Notes under the pieces: generated by a model
Seen by the model: the letters and a program-made list of their open reading frames with translations, nothing else
The model's database searches: none
What the model was told of the DNA's origin: nothing
Assembly (NCBI GenBank): GCA_950097015.1
Contig: CATNEN010000002.1
Location: 6,014,001-6,078,000 of the forward strand
Source of the DNA: Macrostomum hystrix
Taxonomy: Eukaryota > Animalia > Platyhelminthes
Reading direction: 5' to 3'
Length of the DNA: 64,000 nt
Program-made: the position numbers and the translations under genes
In this document: positions 23,102-35,115 of the stretch, piece after piece
How positions within the stretch are numbered: position 1 is the first letter of the stretch
Layout: every line of letters begins with the position of its first letter

Positions 23102-26100
23102 ATGGACAAACGAATTGAAAGTGTCGGTATGAAAGCTCTAGCAAGAGGTGAGTCTCATGCTTAAGCCAGAAATGATTTAAGAACTTATAAACTTGTCTAT
23201 GGCAAATGCCATTTCCGTTTGCTAGCTGTGGAGCTATGCTCTGCCCCAATACACAGAAGTTTTCTGACAACCCTCGCAAGTTTAAAGATGCATTTTAGTT
23301 ATAAAAAATCAGAACTGATACAGATCCCAACGCATAAATTCACATTTTTCTTCCTTAGAGAGCATTTCGCATCACATTGCGGCCATTTTGGGTCCCGCAA
23401 ACAACTCTAAATCGCGAGCGCTACAGCAGCAGCAGCAGCAGCAGCAGCAGCTAAAAGAGAACGCAACATCACCTGCAGAATCTCTGCAGTCTCAAACTCC
23501 TATGGAGAAGGCTGGAGAGGCATCACTAGCTGCAGCCTCTGTGGATTTTGCATTGTTGGACTCTGGCTGGAACCAGCCTAGATTTTTTATAAACCATGGC
23601 GGTCCTGACCTGGCCCTCATCGGTGAGTTCTGCTGATCATTGATTGATTAGGGGATCTGTTGATCATTGATTGATTAGGGGATCTGTTGATCATTGATTG
23701 ATCTGGGGATCTGTTGATCATTGGTTGATTAGGGGATCTATTGATCATTGATTGATCTAGGGATCTGTTGATCATTGATAGATCTGGGGATCTGTTGATC
23801 ATTGGTTGATTAGGGGATCTATTGATCATTGATTGATCTAGGGATCTGTTGATCATTGATAGATCTGGGGATCTGTTCATCATTGGTTGATTTGGGATCT
23901 GTTGATCATTGATTGATCTGGGGATCTGTTGATCATTGATTGATTAGGGGATCTGTTGATCATTGATTGATCTGGGGATCTGTTGATCATTGATTGATTA
24001 GGGGATTTGTTGATAATTGATTGATTTGGGGATCTGTTGATCATTGATTGATTTGTGATTTGTAGATCATTGATGGATATTGGAATGTGTAGATTGCTAA
24101 TTTATATTAATTTTTTTAATCGATCAATTTGGGATTTTTTGCATTTTTCCTGCATCAAATTGTGATTCTTCGACAGTACGCAGCAGCAATGAATTGTACT
24201 TCAGTTCTTAAAAATTGCTCTTTAATAAAAGTGTCGGCTATAATATAGTTATAAGCAGGTTAATATGGTGATGCTGAAGTATTTACGCAGTCTCAAAAAG
24301 CATTGTTTATTCCTCCCCGCGCAGGCGTCATCCGAGCTCGAGTGTGTTTAGAAATCTTTCCAAACAATTCGATGCCCTGCCATTTATCGGGGAATTTAGA
24401 AGACCACGGTGTTAAAATCTGGGTCAAGCGCCAGCAATCACAATGCGCTATATACTATGCAAGTGTGCCTAATTAACCGATTTAAAATTTCCCAGCACCT
24501 GAGATTTGATTTTTCCCACCGCGACCCACTTGACTAACTGCAGTTACTGCGCAGTTTGCAGTAATGCACAGCTCGAAAAATTACTGAAACTTAACAGCAT
24601 GGCGCTTCTAATAGTTTAGGAAGTAATCCTTTTGAATCCCATTGTTATTGCTTTACTGCCATCGAAAGTGACACTTTTAGTTAAGAGACTGAAATGTATA
24701 TTTTCTCTCCGAAATCTCTGTCTCACCTAAATCTCTTATCTCACCTTTATCTCTTATCTCACCTGTATCTCTTACCTCACCTTTATCTCTTACCTCACCT
24801 TTATCTCTTACCTCACCTTTATCTCTTACCTCACCTTTATCTCTTATTTCACCTGTATCTCTTACCTCACCTTTATCTCTTACCTCACCTTTATCTCTTA
24901 TTTCACCTGTATCTCTTATCTCACCTTTATCTCTTAGTCTTACCTCACCTTTATCTCTTACCTCACCTTTATCTCTTACCTCACCTTTATCTCTTACCTC
25001 ACCTGTATCTCTTATCTCACCTGTATCTCTTACCTCACCTGTATCTCTTATCTCACCTGTATCTCTTACCTCAACTGTATCTCTTACCTCACCCTTATCT
25101 CTTACCTCACCTTTATTTCTTATCTCACCTTTATCTCTTATCTCACGTGTATCTCTTACCTCACCTTTATCTCTTACCTCACCTTTATCTCTTACCTCAC
25201 CTGTATCTCTTACCTCACCTTTATTTCTTATCTCACCTGTATTTCTTATCTCGCCTTTATTTCTTACCTCACCTTTATCTCTTATTTCACCTTTATCTCA
25301 TATCTTATCTCCATATCTTATTTTAGCTTCTCAATCTGCAAATACAATCTCTACAATCCCTCCAAGCACGAGTGACATTTCTTATACAGGTGGACATCGT
25401 CCACCCTCATGCGAATCGACCAGTTGTCGCACAAAACAGCCCGCTCGATGATGACGGCTATGGTCCAACCCGCGTCTGAAAAACAAATAAACAGCCGATT
25501 GCTTGCCCCTGTTTTGTAAATCAATTTTTTAGTCCAGTAACTTTGAGCACAGTTTGAGTTGACCAGCGCTCGCTGGCTGCCTGAGAACTGACAGAAATCT
25601 TGATTGATGGGACTCGTGCCATCGCTGGCAATGGGGATATTTTGTTGGGATCTGACATTTCAAACCGAAAGCGATAATTCCTACTCAAATTCCTCTCTCA
25701 ACCATTCCCAAATAACTCCAGCTGATCAGCTTCTGCTGCAGTCGAGCATGCTTCCACCCGTCTATGGCCAGACCTTCGGCTACGGGTTCTGGATGCCGCA
25801 TGCTGCCATGGCTGCGGCTGCCACTGCTGCCGCTGCTGCCGCTGCTGCTGCTGCCGCTGCTACTGCATCAGGCGTCAACACAGCGTGTTCTTTGGCGTCA
25901 GCAAACAAAGCGCCTGATGAAAACCTTGCTGACTGCACTGTCCAAGCCGGCGATGCAGCCTCGGTCAAACTGGTTGATGAACGCGAGCCCGGTTGTGAAA
26001 TCGACCCGGCGCAGCAAGTCGATGAAGTTGACGCTGCGGACGATGATGAAGATGAAGATCGAAGCTCTTCAGCCAACTTCTCGATGCTGGGCGGCGGCGA

Positions 26101-28442
26101 CCGCTCAGCGGCATCTTCCAGCGCCTACGAGGACGGCGGCAGCAAATACCAGTGCGTGAAGTGCTGCAAACTGTTCACCACGTCTCACGGACTGGAGGTC
26201 CACGTGCGCCGGTGAGATTCTTATCGTCCTTTTTGCTTGGCCAATGTTTAGCGGGCCATTCTTAGAAACCTTGTTGGTGTGCCGTTCTTAGAAACTTTGT
26301 TGGTGTGCCATTCTTAGAAACTTTGTTGGTGTGCCATTCTTAGAAACTTTGTTGGTGTGCCATTGGTGTGCTGATTCAGCATTCTTAGAAACTGTGCTGA
26401 TTCAGCATTATTAGAAACTGTGCCGATTCCACATTCTTAGAAACTGTGCCGATTCAGCATTCTTAGAAACTGTGCTGATTCTGCATTCTTAGAAACTGTG
26501 CTGATTCAGCATTCTTAGAAACTGTGCTGATTCTGCATTCTTAGAAACTGTGCCGATTCAGCATTCTTAGAAACTGTGCTGATTCAGCATTATTAGAAAC
26601 TGTGCCGATTCCACATTCTTAGAAACTGTGCCGATTCAGCATTCTTAGAAACTGTGCTGATTCTGCATTCTTAGAAACTGTGCTGATTCAGCATTCTTAG
26701 AAACTGTGCTGATTCTGCATTCTTAGAAACTGTGCCGATTCAGCATTCTTAGAAACTGTGCTGATTCTGCATTCTTAGAAACTTTCCGTTCCGCACTCAG
26801 GTCGCACTCCGGCCGGCGTCCTTTCGAATGCGACGTCTGCTGCAAGACCTTCGGGCACGCGATCTCCCTGACGCAGCACCGGGCGGTGCACTCGCAGGAG
26901 AAAGTGTTTCAGTGCCGCGAGTGTGGCAAGACTTTCAAACGGTCCAGCACCCTGAGCACCCACATGCTCATTCACAGTGACACCAGGCCATACCCGTGCG
27001 AATACTGCGGCAAACGATTTCACCAGAAATCTGACATGAAGAAGCACACCTACATTCACACAGGTGGGCATGGGATTCGGGAGAAAGTTTTTTTTGGAAT
27101 TTTAAATTGGACACATGCGGTGAGGAGGTCTCAGACTCAACCTCGCATGACAACTGCCCAGCAACTGAAGTTATAGGGCCTAGTTGATAAGAACAATGCA
27201 GAATATTCAGCAACAGTTGCTCGGTGACGGTGTCTACAAACCTGAGCTGCTCAAAGCTCGTCACCTGCTCGCACACCTGGGTCTCCGGGGCCTCTACCGC
27301 TCGCAGTATTACTTTTTAAGCTCGCTATTATTGCTACAAGACAAACTGTTGCTCCACTTAATTGGCCCCCAGTGTCCCAGGGCCCATAGGTCCTTCTATA
27401 GAGCAGAACTTTCCTGTTCTGCACCAATTATAATTTCTATTTTAACTGCTCAGTTTGATCAGTGCTAGCTCACAGCAGCAACAATTTTCAGGGTCTCCCC
27501 CTGGGATGCTCCGCTGAGCGCTCAGTTTTTGAGACGGGTCACGACTCACGCAATCAACAAACTTGAGTGACGGGTTGGGGCTAATGAGCAGAAATAACAT
27601 TAGCGAGGCGAGACGAATAGTGTATTAGTTGAGTAATTGTCTGCTTGAGAAAACTTCTAATTTAACAACGTAACACAAAACACGAGAAAGTCAGTGCACT
27701 TTGGACAGCGATTAATGACAATTAATTTCAATTATGTTTCTGTCATTATGGAGCTAAAAAATCTGCTGATGCAACATTCCTAAAAATGGTGATGATGTAA
27801 AATTTTAAGAAATCATATTGATACCACTTTCTCATAAAGTGCGTTGATAATAAATTCTAAGAAACGGTGTTGATTCAGCATTCTTAGAAACTGATCTTAT
27901 GAAGCAGTCGCAGAAAATATTCGGATTTGATATTCTTAGGAACTGAATCGATGCTGCTTTCTTAGAAACCATGTTGATTCGTTTTTCTAAGAAACCGTTT
28001 TGATGCTGTTTTCTTGGAAACTGTGCAAATGCGGTAATTCTTAGAAAGAGTGTCTCTTATACTTTCTTAGAAACGGTGCTGATACAAAGTTAACCTTGTA
28101 ACTAGTAGCAATAAAAAGTGTGATTTCATTGAAGTGCCCCTGAACTTGTACAAACAGGTGATGCATTAATATTTAAACCTTCGATTTGCAGGCGAGAAGC
28201 CCTACAAATGCGCCGAGTGCGGCAAAGGGTTCAGCCAGTCCTCCAACCTAATCACACACAGCCGCAAACACAGCGGCTATAAGCCATTCACCTGCAACTC
28301 CTGCGGCAGGGCCTTCCAGCGCAAAGTCGACCTGAGACGCCACCTGGAGACTCAGCATCCGGCGATGGAGTCTGACAAGCCCGCTTCTGCCAAGCCGTCC
28401 CAGCTGTCACACTCTGTTGACAACATTCTCAGCGTCTGTTGA
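23102..28442 (+). CDS. GFI1: Gfi1/senseless/PAG-3 family C2H2 zinc-finger transcription factor, 437 aa, 5 exons
   Basis: Exons 23102-23147, 23359-23622, 25722-26211, 26801-27063 and 28192-28442, all phases compatible (1314 nt). Six fingers contain the Gfi1-diagnostic [75 protein letters not shown] and [14 protein letters not shown]. The 5' exons are less certain than the finger exons. Confidence 0.9.
23635..24075. repeat. 27-bp minisatellite GATCTGTTGATCATTGATTGATTAGGG in Gfi1 intron 2, ~16 copies
   Basis: Tandem array starting about 12 bp after the donor at 23623. Confidence 0.93.
24722..25315. repeat. 18-bp pyrimidine-rich minisatellite CACCTTTATCTCTTACCT in Gfi1 intron 2, ~33 copies
   Basis: Direct tandem array. 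Confidence 0.95.
26258..26782. repeat. 26-bp minisatellite CATTCTTAGAAACTGTGCTGATTCAG in Gfi1 intron 3, ~20 copies
   Basis: Tandem array filling the intron that splits zinc finger 1 from finger 2. Confidence 0.95.
27855..28072. repeat. Decayed 26-bp-period array retaining TTCNNNGAA palindromes in Gfi1 intron 4
   Basis: Motifs at 27855, 27881, 27933, 27959, 27985, 28011, 28038 and 28064 (spacing 26, 52, 26, 26, 26, 27, 26). Confidence 0.8.
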
Positions 28443-28445
28443 TGA

Positions 28446-28952
28446 GACTGTTAGACAAGGTTCACAACCTGTTAGACAAGGTTCTCAACCTGTTAGACGA
28501 GGTTCTCAACCTGTTAGACGAAGTTCTCAACCTGTTAGGCGAGGTTCTCAACCTGTTAGACAAGGTTCACAACCTGTTAGACAAGGTTCACAACCTGTTT
28601 GACGAGGTTCTCAAACTGTTAGACGAGGTTCTCAACCTGTTAGACGAAGTTCTCAACCTGTTAGACGAGGTTCTCAACCTGTTAGGCGAGGTTCTCAACC
28701 TGTTAGACGAAGTTCTCAACCTGTTAGGTGAGGTTCTCAACCTGTTAGACGAAGTTCTCAACCTGTTAGACGAAGTTCTCAACCTGTTAGGCGAGGTTCT
28801 CAACCTGTTAGACGAAGTTCTCAACCTGTTAGACGAAGTTCTCAACCTGTTTGACGAGGTTCTCAAACTGTTAGACGAGGTTCTCAACCTGTTAGACAGG
28901 CTTCTCAACCTGTTAGACAGGTTTCTCAACCTGTTAGACAAGGTTCACACCT
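28446..28952. repeat. 21-bp minisatellite CTGTTAGACGAGGTTCTCAAC directly after the Gfi1 stop, ~24 copies
   Basis: Direct tandem array. Confidence 0.95.
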
Positions 28953-29477
28953 TTTAGGCCACTGGTTAGATTCTGTTTGACATAATACTCTTGCAATTTC
29001 TTGTAAAAGCAGCTGTTTCTATATGATTAGCTAACCATATAAAATTCATATCTTATATGAATAAAACCTGTTAAAATATAAATTTTGGGATAAATTCTTT
29101 GGAGGTTGACTCATATGATTAGCTTATATCATAAAAAATAGTTGCTCTTGTTGTACAGTTTCAATTGCTCGCGTTTGTTTTCTTTAGAAAATGCCGATCT
29201 GTTTTTTGTTATAATTTGTTGCTTGCCATGCAGCGGCCTCCATTTTCTTAGTTTTAACCTCTGGAGAGCGTGTTTAAAATTGGCGCGACTTTGAAATTTT
29301 ACTTGAACTTGAATTTTAAATATATGAAAGAATCTGTTAAATGCACAACAAGCCGACTATGTGTTCCTATATTTTTCTGTTTTTCTAGTTCTGGTTTATT
29401 ATTAAACAGCTGACATATGCAATTCAAAATGGCATAGAATGGCATAGAATGGCATAGAATGGCATAGAATGGCAAGA

Positions 29478-30640
29478 ACTTATGATGTAGAATCGCAACA
29501 AAGATTTAGGATGGAATCGCAGCAATAACTTACGATGGAATCGCAGCAAGAACTTATGATAGAATCGCAGCAAGAACTTATGATAGAATCGCAGCAAGAA
29601 CTTATGATAGAATCGCAGCAAGAACTTATGATGGAATCGCAGCAAGAACTTACGATGGAATCGCAGCAAGAACTTACGATGGAATCGCAGCAAGAACTTA
29701 TGATAGAATCGCAGCAAGAACTTACGATGGAATCGCAGCAAGAACTTATGATAGAATCGCAGCAAGAACCTTTGATATAGAATCACAGCAAGAACTTATG
29801 ATAGAATCGCAGCAAGAACTTATGATGGAATCGCAGCAAGAACCTTTGATATAGAATCACAGCAAGAACTTATGATAGAATCTCAGCAAGAACTTATGAT
29901 GGAATCGCAGAAAGAACCTTTGATATAGAATCGCAGCAAGAACTTATGATAGAATCGCAGCAAGAACCTTTGATATAGAATCACAGCAAGAACTTATGAT
30001 AGAATCTCAGCAAGAACTTATGATGGAATCGCAGAAAGAACCTTTGATATAGAATCGCATTAAGAACTTATGATAGAATCGCAGCAAGAACTTATCATAT
30101 AGAATCGCAGCAAGAACTTATGATGGAATCGCAGCAAGAACTTATGATGGAATCGCAGCAAGAACTTATGATGGAATCGCAGCAAGAACTTATGATGGAA
30201 TCGCAGCAAGAACTTATCATATAGAATCGCAGCAAGAACTTATGATGGAATCGCAGCAAGAACTTATGATGGAATCGCAGCAAGAACTTATGATGGAATC
30301 GCAGCAAGAACTTACGATGGAATCGCATTAAGAACTTATGATAGAATCGCAGCAAGAACTTATGATGGAATCGCAGAAAGAACCTTTGATATAGAATCGC
30401 AGCAAGAACTTATGATATAGAATCGCAGCAAGAACTTATGATATAGAATCGCAGCAAGAACTTATGATGGAATCGCAGCAAGAACTTATGATGGAATCGC
30501 AGCAAGAACTTATGATGGAATCGCAGCAAGAACTTACGATGGAATCGCAGCAAGAACTTATGATGGAATCGCAGCAAGAACTTATGATAGAATCGCAGCA
30601 AGAACTTACGATGGAATCGCAGCAAGAACTTATGATGGAA
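29478..30640. repeat. 24-bp minisatellite ATGATRGAATCGCAGCAAGAACTT (some 26-bp variants), ~47 copies
   Basis: Direct tandem array preceded by (AATGGCATAG)4. Confidence 0.95.
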
Positions 30641-31424
30641 TGGCAGTGAATCAGCTTTCCAGAAACACTCTCAAAGTTTTTTGCAGCCGCATTCAAAGCA
30701 GCCACCTGCAGTCAGGGATTTCAAGTGTGAGGCAGAAAAATAGAGATTCTTAAAATTAAAAAAAGGCGATCAGGCTTGGCGCCGAAATCAATGCTCCAAC
30801 AGCTTTGATATTTTGCTGGACTCTCAGTTTTCACCTCTTAAAGTTTCTATTTCACGCGCAGAGTACTCACCCCCCGGTACTCGTTGGAGTATTGAGCTCA
30901 CTGGAGGCAGCTGGGGCCAAGGATTTAAAATCAATGCCAATCACTCCCCGGACTTAGCGGTTTGAAGACTTCCAAAATCCCAGCCCTTTCAGTTGAGTCT
31001 CTGGGACACTTCAAAATTTCTCTCCCGTCTCCTTGATCCTTCAGCTGGTGGGCTGAGGGTTGTGCTTGTGTTTAATTAGCATAATTTATTCATGCAAAAG
31101 CAGCCCCAGCCGACAAGGCTTGGTAGCACTGCGTTTCTAAGAAATGTTTCCCGCCTTTCGCCAATTAGCTATTTGAAATTGGACTGCTTGGGAGAAGGGA
31201 GGGGACGAGAGGAACTGGGCGAGATCCCGTCACAGTGGGTGGGTCAGCCGAGAATTATTGAGCCTAAATAATTCACCAGCTCATTTTCGGCCTCGGTTTG
31301 CGGTTCAGATTTCTCCCAGAGAGGACTGAGCTGCAGGGAGGCTGCTGCTGTTGCATTTGCTTCCGTTCCTTCCTACAGGTGTCCCTGGTCTCATTGGGAA
31401 GCTGAGATTTCCGTCTCCATTCCC

Positions 31425-33800
31425 AATCTAGATCTATCCCATTCCCAATCAAGATCTATCCCATTCCCAATCAAGATCTATCCCATTCCCAATCTAGATC
31501 TATCCCATTCCAAATCTAGATCTATCCCATTTCCAATCTAGATCTATCCCATTCCCAATCTAGTTCTATCCCATTCCCAATCAAGATCTATCCCATTCCC
31601 AATCTAGATCTATCCCATTCCCAATCTAGATCTATCCCATTCCCAATCTAGTTCTATCCCATTTCCAATCTAGATCTATCCCATTCCCAATCTAGTTTTA
31701 TCCCATTCCCAATCTAGTTTTATCCCATTCCCAATCTAGTTTTATCCCATTCCGAATCTAGTTTTATCCCATTCCCAATCTAGTTCTATCTTATTTCCAA
31801 TCTAGTTCTATCCCATTTCCAATCTAGTTCTATCCCATTTCCAATCTAGTTTTATCCCATCCTGAATCTAGTTCTATCCCATTTCCAGTCTAGTTCTATC
31901 CCATTTCCAATCTAGTTTTATCCCATTCCCAATCTAGTTCTATCCCATTTCCAATCTAGTTCTATCCCATTTCCAATCTAGTTCTATCCCATTCCGAATC
32001 TAGTTCTATCCCATTTCCAATCTAGTTCTATCCCATTCCCAATCTAGTTCTATCCCATTCCGAATCTAGTTCTATCCCATTTCCAATCTAGTTCTATCCC
32101 ATTCTGAATCTAGATCTATCCTATTCCCAATCTAGTTCTATCCCATTTCCAATCTAGTTTTATCCCATTTCCAATCTAGTTTTATCCCATTTCCAATCTA
32201 GTTTTATCCCATTTCCAATCTAGTTTTATCCCAATCCGAATCTAGTTCTATCCCATTTCCAATCTAGTTTTATCCCATTTCCAATCTAGTTCTATCCCAT
32301 TTCGAATCTAGTTTTATCCCATTCCGAATCTAGTTTTATCCCATTCCGAATCTAGTTTTATCCAATTTCCAATCTAGTTCTATCCCATTTCCAATCTAGT
32401 TCTATCCCATTTCGAATCTAGTTTTATCCCATTCCGAATCTAGTTTTATCCAATTTCCAATCTAGTTTTATCCCATTTCCAATCTAGTTTTATCCCAATC
32501 CGAATCTAGTTTTATCCCATTTCCAATCTAGTTCTATCCCATTCCGAATCTAGATCTATCCTATTCCCAATCTAGTTCTATCCCAATCCGAATCTAGTTT
32601 TATCCCATTTCCAATCTAGTTCTATCCCATTTCCAATCTAGTTTTATCCCAATCCGAATCTAGTTTTATCCCATTTCCAATCTAGTTCTATCCCATTCCG
32701 AATCTAGATCTATCCTATTCCCAATCTAGTTCTATCCCATTTCGAATCTAGTTTTATCCCATTCCGAATCTAGTTTTATCCAATTTCCAATCTAGTTTTA
32801 TCCCATTCCGAATCTAGTTTTATCCAATTTCCAATCTAGTTCTATCCCATTTCCAATCTAGTTCTATCCCATTTCCAATCTAGTTTTATCCCAATCCGAA
32901 TCTAGTTTTATCCCATTTCCAATCTAGTTCTATCCCATTTCCAATCTAGTTTTATCCCAATCCGAATCTAGTTTTATCCCATTTCCAATCTAGTTCTATC
33001 CCATTCCGAATCTAGATCTATCCTATTCCCAATCTAGTTCTATCCCATTTCCAATCTAGTTTTATCCCAATCCGAATCTAGTTTTATCCCATTTCCAATC
33101 TAGTTCTATCCCAATCCGAATCTAGTTTTATCCCATTCCGAATCTAGCTTTATCCCATCCCGAATCTAGTTTTATCCCATTTTCAATCTAGTTTTATCCC
33201 ATTCCGAATCTAGTTTTATCCCATTTCCAATCTAGTTTTATCCCATTTCCAATCTAGTTTTATCCCAATCCGAATCTAGTTTTATCCCATTTCCAATCTA
33301 GTTTTATCCCATTTCCAATCTAGTTCTATCCCAATCCGAATCTAGTTTTATCCCATTCCGAATCTAGCTTTATCCCATCCCGAATCTAGTTTTATCCCAT
33401 TTCCAATCTAGTTCTATCCCATTCCGAATCTAGATCTATCCTATTCCCAATCTAGTTCTATCCCATTTCCAATCTAGTTTTATCCCAATCCGAATCTAGT
33501 TTTATCCCATTTCCAATCTAGTTTTATCCCATTCCGAATCTAGTTTTATCCCATTTCCAATCTAGTTTTATCCCATTTCCAATCTAGTTTTATGCCAATC
33601 CGAATCTAGTTTTATCCCATTTCCAATCTAGTTTTATCCCAATCCGAATCTAGTTTTATCCCATTTCCAATCTAGCTTTATCCCATTTCCAATCTAGTTT
33701 TATCCCAATCCGAATCTAGTTTTATCCCATTTCCAATCTAGCTTTATCCCATTTCCAATCTAGCTTTATCCCATCCCGAATCTAGTTTTATCCCATTCCC
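31425..33800. repeat. 22-bp minisatellite CCAATCTAGTTYTATCCCATTT, ~108 copies
   Basis: Period confirmed at 31801/31823. Longest array in the window. Confidence 0.97.
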
Positions 33801-35115
33801 TCGCAATGTAGCCAAAATTTTATTGAAACACTTTTTTATGTTTCCTCAACAATAGGAAAGTTTTTGAATGATTTGTTACCAACAATTTCAGCATTATTAT
33901 CCTAATAACTTTTAGAAGCAGAAAATTACAGCACGCAACAATGAATAGCTTTGAAACCGTATCATTCCTAAGTACTTCTATTGTCTTCTTCTTCTATAAT
34001 GCGAGTAGAAAAGTTGTTGAAAACGAATCTGTAGAAGAAAAGTGACAGTCGCAATGATGTAAGAGGGATACAAATCATTTTTTTGTTATTTTGAATTCTG
34101 TTTTTGAGCAGCGGCGACACAATTCGCAAACGTGGCTTCCGCGTGGCTGCTGAAACTATGCTGGTGATTCATAATTCATAATTCATAATTCATAATAAGG
34201 CCCAAGGAAGGGGCAGCAGATTATAATACAAAGGTGGCGGTTTGGGGGGGAATACAACAAGAAAAAAGTCACTTTCAACAGTCAAGATTAAAATGAATGA
34301 AAAAAATGAAAATGCTCATATAGGCGGAGACTCTCTAAGACCTGCCATGAGCAGTTCTTGTTGATCCCTGCGCCCTACAACTATATGAGGGCTGAAAAGT
34401 TTTGTTTTTTTATCCCCATCAGAGGCTGCGGCTTCTCAACTAGAGGGCAGCGCCTGGTGGGATAATTATGATGCACGCAACAGCTGAGGAGTGGGATCAG
34501 CATGCCATGGGGGCTCAATGAGGGTCTGAGGTGATCCTCTCTATGCTCACAGGCCTGCTATTATAGATTTGAGCACAAACATGCTGGCGCCCGCACAGAT
34601 TCATCGCATCGAAATGGGATTGCGAATTTTTTGCGATCCCATTATAAAATGATCGCTATACTATCCGTCAATAGAAGGCCTTCTCTGAACTGCTGGCGAT
34701 GCAGGACAAACTTTTACGATCTGCAGCCTGAGTTGGTTGTCAACCCAGTGAGGCTGCGGAGGCTGGGCTGGGTGCAGCTGTGTCATTGCGAGTCTCATTG
34801 TTGTAAACTAAACAAACCACTTGGAGTTGGTAGCTTATGCAACATGGGCAGATCAACCGATACACACGATCAATTAAATAAAAAACTGCTAAACTCATTG
34901 AACTAGAAACTTGCTGGTCATCATTGCTTTTGATAAGGTCTCTGTGGCTTTGGTGAGGCCTGCTGTTATGCAACAATAGCTTCTGCTGATCATTGTTATA
35001 CAATCGATTAATTTTTCGCTGATTTATTGTCTGATCTAAAAATATTATCCTAACATCGGTTCAAGAACTAATTTTTGTTCACATTTTATAATTGGTCTTC
35101 ACCCGTTAGATGTAA

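Noticed and set aside
24326-25480. Extra Gfi1 exons after the acceptor-like sites at 24325 and 25389
   Set aside because: The 25390 candidate hits TGA in the required phase. The 24326 candidate has only a weak donor and no family similarity. Neither is needed for an open model.
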